Positions 8,528-15,187 of a DNA stretch of 15,187 nt are shown here, in pieces. The position numbers were made by a program, and so were the translations under genes. Position 1 is the stretch's first letter, and every line of letters begins with the position of its first letter. A model generated the notes under the pieces. It had not been told where the DNA came from. It worked only from the letters and a program-made list of their open reading frames with translations, and made no database searches. Where the stretch lies: assembly GCA_034661055.1 (NCBI GenBank), contig JAYEKO010000048.1, positions 1-15,187 of the forward strand, read 5' to 3'. This DNA is from Campylobacterota bacterium (GTDB lineage Bacteria; Campylobacterota; Campylobacteria; Campylobacterales; Sulfurimonadaceae).

Positions 8528-10219
8528 GTGAAGCAGTTTCTCTCTTTTTTTCTTATTTTATCTCTTCTTCATGCCCAAAAAATTCCACTCACTTTTGAAG
8601 GCAATAAAGAAATAAGTGACAATAGTTTATATGAAGCTCTTGAAATTGAAGTACCTCTTTTTTTTGAATTTTGGAAAAAAAAGCCCTCTATTGACCCTAA
8701 GTTACGTAAACTTTCTGTTGAATATTTAAAAAGTTATTATAAATCAAAAGGCTATTATCATACGATTATTGAATCAGATGAGAACAATGGCACTAGAGTT
8801 ACTGTCAAAATTGAGGAAAATAGGCCCATTACTATTGTTAACATTGAGATGGTATCAACACTTGATATTAGCGATATTATCCCTTTGCAAAATGGTGAGA
8901 TTTTTGATTCGCAAAAATTTACTCAAAGTAAAAAGCGTATTAAAAAGTTCTATGTCGATAGAAGTTTTTGTAATGTTGATGTGGACGCAAAAAGCTGGAT
9001 CGATATTGAAGAGGACAGTGCCTACATTCTTTACACGGTAACACCCAATAACTCATGCAAGTTTGGTGAAGTGAGCATTAGCTCACCTGAGAATATTGAT
9101 GCAGATATTATTGGCTCTTTTTTAGAATTTAAGGAGAATGAGAAGTACTCAACGGAGTTAATACGACAGAGTTATGATTCACTTTACTCCCAAGAGGGCA
9201 TTGCAAAGGTGCTTCTTGATTCTAACAACAAGCATGACAATGTTGTGCCGGTTCAAGTGAGTGTTGAAGGGCATGACCGACCCATACGGTTAAATACCGG
9301 GTTGGGATATAGCAGTGATGAAGGCTTTGAAGTGTCTATGGGAGTTAAGCATAGAAATTTTTTAAACAACTTAAAGACACTCTCTCTTAATGGAAGGTAC
9401 TCTGAGATTAAAAAAAGTATTGCTAGTGCTTTTACAATGCCTTTTAGCAACCAAAATGCTTTTAGTGCCGAAATAGGACATGTTGATGAAAAATTTATTG
9501 GCTATAAAGAGCGAAGTACTTACCAGAGCCTCTATTTTAATCAGCGCAATAAACCACAAAGCTTTGTTGAGGGAATAATGTTTGACCACGCAGTTACTTA
9601 TGATTCACAAGATGATGAGATTTTCAAAAACAGTGACCTCTACATCGCGTCACTGCTTTTAGGGTGGAAGTATGACATAAGAGACAAGCTTCTAGAACCA
9701 ACTAGAGGGTACTTTTTTAAAGCAGATGTCTCTGGCTCGATTAACTCATTTCTCTCTGATGCGACCTATCTAAAATATGAACTTAATGGTGGGTATATTC
9801 ACTCAATGGGAAGTTCTGTTCTCGCTGCTCGTGCCAAGTATGGATCTATTAAGATCTATGACGGCAATATTCCTGCATCATACCGCTTTTATGCTGGAGG
9901 AATGAATAGTAATAGAGCCTATAATTATCGGATGCTTGGGCCAAAGAATGTTAATAATGACCCAATTGGATTCTCTAGTGTTACTGAGGGAACATTGGAA
10001 TATCGGTTTCCTATTAGCGGAAATATTCGCGGTGTCGTTTTTAATGACACCACCTTTATAGGCAATAGTTATAGTGCCGATTACGATAAAGCCTACATTA
10101 GCTTTGGTGCTGGGGTTCGTTATGTAACTCCTATTGGTCCTATTGCACTAGACATTGGTGTAGATAGTTCTAATATTAATCAATATGCAATTCATTTTCA
10201 CATTGGTGAGCTGTTTTAA
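8528..10219 (+). CDS. tamA: Omp85-family outer-membrane protein, TamA-like
   Basis: Likely GTG start at 8528 (GGTGG upstream) giving signal peptide MKQFLSFFLILSLLHA. POTRA-like segments (FEGN..ISD, YYKSKGYY), GLGYSSDEG, RFYAGG, GVRYVTPIGPIALDIG and C-terminal Phe (HIGELF). About 560 aa and coupled to a TamB-like gene. Confidence 0.85.
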   Translation: MKQFLSFFLILSLLHAQKIPLTFEGNKEISDNSLYEALEIEVPLFFEFWKKKPSIDPKLRKLSVEYLKSYYKSKGYYHTIIESDENNGTRVTVKIEENRPITIVNIEMVSTLDISDIIPLQNGEIFDSQKFTQSKKRIKKFYVDRSFCNVDVDAKSWIDIEEDSAYILYTVTPNNSCKFGEVSISSPENIDADIIGSFLEFKENEKYSTELIRQSYDSLYSQEGIAKVLLDSNNKHDNVVPVQVSVEGHDRPIRLNTGLGYSSDEGFEVSMGVKHRNFLNNLKTLSLNGRYSEIKKSIASAFTMPFSNQNAFSAEIGHVDEKFIGYKERSTYQSLYFNQRNKPQSFVEGIMFDHAVTYDSQDDEIFKNSDLYIASLLLGWKYDIRDKLLEPTRGYFFKADVSGSINSFLSDATYLKYELNGGYIHSMGSSVLAARAKYGSIKIYDGNIPASYRFYAGGMNSNRAYNYRMLGPKNVNNDPIGFSSVTEGTLEYRFPISGNIRGVVFNDTTFIGNSYSADYDKAYISFGAGVRYVTPIGPIALDIGVDSSNINQYAIHFHIGELF

Positions 10220-13020
10220 TGCGCAGTACTTATCTCCTCATTCACTGGCTTCTACTGCTAATATTTTTTGTTTTACTATTATTGTCTTTTATACTGTTTC
10301 ATCCCCTTGCTCTTAGCAAGATTGCTGAGTATGGACTTAAAGAGAGTGATATTAAGTATGAGAAAATACAAGGGAGACTTTTTAGTGGTTTTAAGTTACA
10401 AAATGTAGCGTATGAAACTGTTTTTAATGCCAAAGAGGTAAGTGTTGAGTATGATCTTTTGTCTTTAATTCTTCATGGCATCTCTATTAAGAGTGTTGTG
10501 TTAAATAGTGCAGTAGTTGATTTAAATAGCCTTGATAATGCTCAAGATAGCAATAGTACACTAAAGCTGCCACCCATTACGCTTCAACACCTTTCATTAA
10601 ATAACTTCACACTTTTAAGCAGTGAGAAAATTACAATAGATGGCAAACTTAAAAAAGCTCATTTTGAAGACTCTAAATTACATGTAAATTCATTAGACAC
10701 CAAAGTAATCACAAGATTTGCGCAACTAAAGCTCTCTGGTAAGATAGATGAAAATATTTTCATAGGTAAAAGCAACACTATTATCAATGAAAGCCATTTT
10801 AAAACACAGCTAGAAGCATTTAAGACCTTGCCTAAAAATTTTAACATCAATATAGATCACGCTAGTGTTTCAAAGCTTGTAGCATCGGTTAAGGTAAAGA
10901 AAATTGAGCCAAAAAATGCGGCAGTTAGTATTGATGATGCCAATATTGCTCTGAATTATATTTTTGCTCAAAACAGCATTGACGTAACGACCAACTATCT
11001 TCTTAATTTAAAAGAGGCTAATGCCACTGTTTCTCAAAAACTTCACTATAAATTTGATGGTAATTACCATAGCAGTGCAGATGTTGAGATTTTAGCTTTA
11101 GAGTTCAAGCTCCCTGAATTAACTTACACTGTTTCGGTGGCTGGAAATATGATGCTTTTAGATGCTAATATCTCTTGTGTAAACAGTAATATTCTTAGTC
11201 GGATTCAAAGTAGAGATATGAAAGTCTATAGTCTTGATGTAAATGCTAGTAAGGTCTCATCAAACTTTTTAACATCACTGCCAAATATTTTGCTTAATAG
11301 AGAAATTTATGCGGACCTTAAAGCTACAATTACAACCCAGCCTTCACTTGTAATTACCGGAGAGACTACAGTTGGAGATGACACTACATCTGTAGAGAGT
11401 CAGTTTGAGTTCACAGATGCAAATTTTTTAACTCAGGGAATCGTTAGCATTAATGAGAAATCTGCACAATGGAGCGATATTCAGACTAAAAATCTATTTC
11501 CAATGCATTTTGTAGCAAACTACTCCAAGCAAGAAGGTCTGCTTGCTTTACGATCAAATGAGATTTATACGACACTTTTTAAGCGAGGCGACTCTATTAA
11601 TGGTTGGGGGAATTACCGAAGTAGTAGATTTGACATTGATGGAACGCATAAAAATGGAAAAACTAAATTACATGTAAATAAGCATATTGAGTCAGTCTAT
11701 GAGCTTATTAACTCAATAACACCGTTAAAATATAAGAAGTTTCAACATTATGATGCTGAACTTATCACAAAAAGTACGTTGACTATTGATGATTCATTTA
11801 GTATTGAGAGTATTATTGAACTTCCGTGGTATGTAGCGCAATCTGACTCTCAAACTATCAATTTTGGTCACAATTCAAAAGTAAAACTCTATTATGAAAA
11901 GAATCAACTTAAGATTGATGAGTATGAGGTTAATATGCTTGAACATAATATTGATTCAAAACGAGATTCCTATGTTAATATTGATGACGAATTTAATATA
12001 CATGTAAAAGAGTTTTGGATCTATGATTCCCTAAAACTTTCTGGTCTTTATGGGATGCACTCTAAAGAGGTTGACCTAAATTTAGAGGCAAAAGCATTTC
12101 ACTATGATGGCAAAGAGGCTAACCTCACTGCTGCTATGGATATATCAATTGAGGGAAATATTGAAAAGCAGATTAATATTGATGGAGCGGTAAATATTTT
12201 AGATGCTGTGATTAAATACTATCCATCAAAAAGTTATATGATGCACGACGATGACATTATTATTTTACAAGATGTCAAAGCTCCTAAAGAGTCAAAACTT
12301 TTTATTAATGTTGGTATCACCTCAGCAAAAAAACTTCAATACAGAGCCAAAGAGATTGAACTCTATGTAAAACCTGACTTTACTATCTGGAAGGATGTCA
12401 ACGAGCCACTTGTGTTACTTGGAATGACCGATATTAGCAATGGTAAAGCCTACGTAACCGATAAGCTTTACCGCATACAAGAGAGCAAAATCTACTTTGG
12501 TGGGGACCATCCTGTTAATCCATATCTGGATATGAATATACTCTATGAAATTGACTATAAACAGATTCATATCTATATTACCAACACCCTTGAAGACCCT
12601 GTAGTCTTATTTAGTTCAACTCCATCACTAAGTCAAAATGATATTATGAGTTACCTCATCTTTGGAACACCATCAAATTCAGCTTTTGATGGCGGAGAAG
12701 AGTTTAGTGGCGCTAGTGCTGCCAATCTTATTTTAGGCTCTGGACTTAAAAGCATGATTGGAGATACAACAGGTATTCATGTAGATACCTTAAATATTAT
12801 TAGCAGTGAAAGTGGAGGTTTAGGCTTTGAAGTGGGAACTCGTGTAAATGATGATACAAGAATCTTATTTAAAAATGACTCTGAATTCAGTGCTATTTTA
12901 CAATACAAACTTAACCGATGGCTACGTCTTGATGTCGATGTCAAAGAGACAGGGCAGGGTGTGAAGTTCATTTATGTAAAAGATCTGCGCGATCCATTTA
13001 AAAAAGAAAATAAGAAGTAA
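10219..13020 (+). CDS. tamB: Translocation/assembly module TamB-like protein (DUF490-type C-terminus)
   Basis: N-terminal TM anchor, IQGRLFSG, a long beta-rich body, and C-terminal NPYLDM...FSSTPSLSQNDIMSYLIFG typical of TamB. TAATG overlap with tamA. Confidence 0.82.
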   Translation: MRSTYLLIHWLLLLIFFVLLLLSFILFHPLALSKIAEYGLKESDIKYEKIQGRLFSGFKLQNVAYETVFNAKEVSVEYDLLSLILHGISIKSVVLNSAVVDLNSLDNAQDSNSTLKLPPITLQHLSLNNFTLLSSEKITIDGKLKKAHFEDSKLHVNSLDTKVITRFAQLKLSGKIDENIFIGKSNTIINESHFKTQLEAFKTLPKNFNINIDHASVSKLVASVKVKKIEPKNAAVSIDDANIALNYIFAQNSIDVTTNYLLNLKEANATVSQKLHYKFDGNYHSSADVEILALEFKLPELTYTVSVAGNMMLLDANISCVNSNILSRIQSRDMKVYSLDVNASKVSSNFLTSLPNILLNREIYADLKATITTQPSLVITGETTVGDDTTSVESQFEFTDANFLTQGIVSINEKSAQWSDIQTKNLFPMHFVANYSKQEGLLALRSNEIYTTLFKRGDSINGWGNYRSSRFDIDGTHKNGKTKLHVNKHIESVYELINSITPLKYKKFQHYDAELITKSTLTIDDSFSIESIIELPWYVAQSDSQTINFGHNSKVKLYYEKNQLKIDEYEVNMLEHNIDSKRDSYVNIDDEFNIHVKEFWIYDSLKLSGLYGMHSKEVDLNLEAKAFHYDGKEANLTAAMDISIEGNIEKQINIDGAVNILDAVIKYYPSKSYMMHDDDIIILQDVKAPKESKLFINVGITSAKKLQYRAKEIELYVKPDFTIWKDVNEPLVLLGMTDISNGKAYVTDKLYRIQESKIYFGGDHPVNPYLDMNILYEIDYKQIHIYITNTLEDPVVLFSSTPSLSQNDIMSYLIFGTPSNSAFDGGEEFSGASAANLILGSGLKSMIGDTTGIHVDTLNIISSESGGLGFEVGTRVNDDTRILFKNDSEFSAILQYKLNRWLRLDVDVKETGQGVKFIYVKDLRDPFKKENKK

Positions 13021-13022
13021 TT

Positions 13023-14480
13023 ATGAAAAAACGAACAAAAATTTTAGCAACGATTGGACCTGCATCAGATTCACTAGAGCAAATTGAATCTCTCATTCGT
13101 ACTGGTGTCAATGTTTTTAGGCTTAACTTTAGTCATGGTACTCATGATTACCATGAGATGGTTTTAAAGCGCATTCATAAAGCCATGGAATCTACCGGAT
13201 ATATTGTAGGGGTTTTACAAGACATCAGCGGTCCAAAAATACGTATTGGGGAGATACAAAAACAGTTTAATCTTCAAGAAGGAAATGAGATTTTTTTTAG
13301 AAGAGAGTCTATTATTGGTAAGCAGATTAGTCAATACTCTTATGAAGTCTCAATTAACTACCCACAGATATTAGATCAGCTTCTTATTGGTGAGTATATC
13401 TATCTTTATGATGGTGTCATACGAACCAAAGTGGTAGAGTCAAACAGTCAAGGGGTTAAAGTTGTTGTAGAAAACAGTGGTATTCTCTCTTCAAAAAAAG
13501 GGGTAAACTTTCCAAATACACGACTTGGAGTTGATATTATTACGCCAAAAGATAAAGACGATATAAGATGGGGAGTAGAGCACAAAGTAGATTATATGGC
13601 CATCTCTTTTGTGCAGAGTGCTGAAGATATGATTCAAGCTCGTAAGATTGTTGATGCTTACGGTGGAGAGCAGATGCTAATTGCAAAAATTGAGAAATTT
13701 GATGCTATTGAGAATATTGATGCAATTATTGAGGTGAGTGATGGATTGATGGTTGCGCGTGGTGATTTAGGTATTGAAGTGCCATTTTATGAAGTCCCTA
13801 ATATTCAAAAGATGCTAATACATAAAGCCAATGCCGCCGCCATCCCTGTTATTACCGCGACACAGATGCTGCTCTCAATGACAACAAGTGAACGTGCAAC
13901 ACGAGCAGAAATTAGTGATATTGCCAATGCAGTCCTTGATGGAACGGATGCAGTTATGCTTTCAGAAGAGAGTGCTGTAGGAGAGCATCCTGTTTTAGCA
14001 GTGCTAACGATGTTTCAGACGATTGTAGAAATAGAAAAGCACTATTCATTTCATAAATATAGAGAGTTTGAGCGACACGATACAACGGATGCTATTGATG
14101 AGTCCGCCGTTCGACTCTGCAATGACCTAAATGCCCAGGGAATACTCTCACTTACATCGTCAGGCTCCTCAGCACGAAAAATAGCTCGCTATCGCCCAAA
14201 ATCTCCAGTATATGCCATAACACATGACGATGCAGTACGACGCCAATTAACACTCTCTTGGGGTGTAGTTCCTGTTTTTTCAGTTAATGAAAATTCACTT
14301 GGAATGATCTTAAAAGAGGTTATGCAGCGTGGTCTTGATGAAAATATTTTAAATTTAGAAAAAAGTTATATCTTAACGGCAGGTGATCCAACAGGCACAG
14401 AAGGTTCAACTAACATGATTCGACTATTGCGATCCCATGAAATGGAGTTTTTTAGAACACTACAAGAACATATTGTTTAA
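13023..14480 (+). CDS. pyk: Pyruvate kinase
   Basis: RTKILATIGPAS, RLNFSHG, GPKIR, IAKIE, MVARGDLGIE, ATQMLLSM, RAEISDIANAVLDGTDAVMLSEESA. Confidence 0.98.
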   Translation: MKKRTKILATIGPASDSLEQIESLIRTGVNVFRLNFSHGTHDYHEMVLKRIHKAMESTGYIVGVLQDISGPKIRIGEIQKQFNLQEGNEIFFRRESIIGKQISQYSYEVSINYPQILDQLLIGEYIYLYDGVIRTKVVESNSQGVKVVVENSGILSSKKGVNFPNTRLGVDIITPKDKDDIRWGVEHKVDYMAISFVQSAEDMIQARKIVDAYGGEQMLIAKIEKFDAIENIDAIIEVSDGLMVARGDLGIEVPFYEVPNIQKMLIHKANAAAIPVITATQMLLSMTTSERATRAEISDIANAVLDGTDAVMLSEESAVGEHPVLAVLTMFQTIVEIEKHYSFHKYREFERHDTTDAIDESAVRLCNDLNAQGILSLTSSGSSARKIARYRPKSPVYAITHDDAVRRQLTLSWGVVPVFSVNENSLGMILKEVMQRGLDENILNLEKSYILTAGDPTGTEGSTNMIRLLRSHEMEFFRTLQEHIV

Positions 14481-14549
14481 CAGATTAGTATGACAAAATC
14501 ATAGGTAAAAAGTAGGTGATTACACATTGTTATGCAAGTAAACAACCAC

Positions 14550-14753
14550 ATGAAGTGCATGATTTGTAAGCATGGAGAAACAAAAAAAGGGACAACAACA
14601 GTAACTTTAAAAAAAGGTAATTCAACTATTGTTTTTAAAGAAGTCCCAGCTGAAATTTGTGATAATTGTGGAGAAAAATATATGGATGAATCTACAACAA
14701 AAGGACTGCTAAATAGAGCAAAAGAAATTGTAAAAAAAGGAATTTCACTATGA
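14550..14753 (+). CDS. YgiT-type zinc finger protein (MqsA-family type II antitoxin-like), orphan and possibly 3'-truncated
   Basis: MKCMICKHGETKKGTTTVTL...IVFKEVPAEICDNCGEKY has two CxxC pairs and the family's vPa..C..CGE.y motif. The family-typical start is ATG 14550; an in-frame ATG at 14532 also exists. Confidence 0.8.
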   Translation: MKCMICKHGETKKGTTTVTLKKGNSTIVFKEVPAEICDNCGEKYMDESTTKGLLNRAKEIVKKGISL

Positions 14754-15157
14754 TGAAAAAAATATTAAAGATTCACACACTTGGAGTATTACTATTAAGT
14801 ACTAGTGTTCTAGCAAACACACAAAGCAATTGTGATAACCTAATTGGGTGTAAGAAAAAAAGTTGCCATATTAAACAAAATATAGCTGTAGTAAAAAAAA
14901 TGGGAAATGAAAATAAAATAAAAGGTTTACAAATCTCATTGGAAAAAGTAAACAAGTATTGTACTAATGATAAGTTACGAGAAGATTTAGAAGATAAAAT
15001 AAAAGATACAGAAAAAGATTTACAAGAAGATAGAGAAGACTACAAAAAAGCACTAGAAGATAATAGAACTGATAAAATAGAAAAATATAAATCAAAAATG
15101 TCTGAAGAAAAAACTAAGATTGAAAGATTAAAGCGAGAGTTAAAAGAGCTAGAATAA
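14750..15157 (+). CDS. DUF1090 / YqjC-like secreted helical protein
   Basis: Signal peptide (…LLLSTSVLA), the pattern C..K...I...I......GN..KI.GL...L..V...CT.D.L, and a charged coiled-coil tail with DKIEK. AAAGGA RBS upstream and ATGA overlap with the zinc-finger gene. Confidence 0.8.
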   Translation: MMKKILKIHTLGVLLLSTSVLANTQSNCDNLIGCKKKSCHIKQNIAVVKKMGNENKIKGLQISLEKVNKYCTNDKLREDLEDKIKDTEKDLQEDREDYKKALEDNRTDKIEKYKSKMSEEKTKIERLKRELKELE

Positions 15158-15187
15158 GCCCTTAGTAAAAATCAAAGATATAACAAG

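Noticed and set aside
8657..8683. Inverted repeat cT8...A8g and homopolymers in tamA
   Set aside because: Explained by coding for LFFEFWKKK; the frame is intact and A/T runs are common here.
8769..9589. Alternative-frame and antisense ORFs within tamA (8769-9041, 9253-9450, 9371-9589)
   Set aside because: Fully nested in a well-supported gene with no recognisable motifs.
8528..10219. Calling the Omp85 gene bamA
   Set aside because: Too short for five POTRA domains, and coupled to a TamB-like gene.
10659..12971. Short antisense ORFs in tamB (10659-10850, 12777-12971)
   Set aside because: Shadow ORFs with no independent evidence.
14660..14674. CDNC in the zinc finger resembling the cytochrome CDNCH
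   Set aside because: It is followed by Gly rather than His, so it is a zinc knuckle; the match is coincidental.
14773..14955. 60-aa hydrophobic minus-strand ORF (possible type I toxin-like)
   Set aside because: Its Phe/Leu richness is the reverse complement of Lys/Glu codons in the DUF1090 gene.
1..15187. CRISPR array, tRNA/rRNA, IS element or integron attC sites
   Set aside because: All intergenic gaps are under 100 bp, and I saw no periodic repeats, cloverleaf, transposase or integrase motifs.

Overview
A mostly housekeeping window from an AT-rich bacterium. Gene order and protein style point to free-living Campylobacterota, probably Sulfurimonas/Sulfuricurvum-like (inference). The core is two tightly packed operons diverging from a 68-bp spacer. 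Minus strand: folD-lepB-site-2 protease-rpiB-membrane coiled-coil protein-apt-trpB-pepA. Plus strand: cytochrome c-CitE-like CoA ester lyase-tamA-tamB-pyk. Both ends look accessory or decayed. On the left are an unannotated ORF tail, a response-regulator receiver gene broken off and joined out of frame to the tail of a CZB (chemoreceptor zinc-binding) domain, and a mini-ORF with a G9 tract. On the right, in visibly more AT-rich DNA, are an orphan YgiT/MqsA-type zinc-finger gene and a DUF1090 (YqjC-like) gene. I found no rRNA, tRNA, CRISPR array or transposase, and I cannot support a clearly new system. The best leads are the orphan CitE-like lyase linked to cytochrome c/TAM/pyk and the two probable deletion scars.
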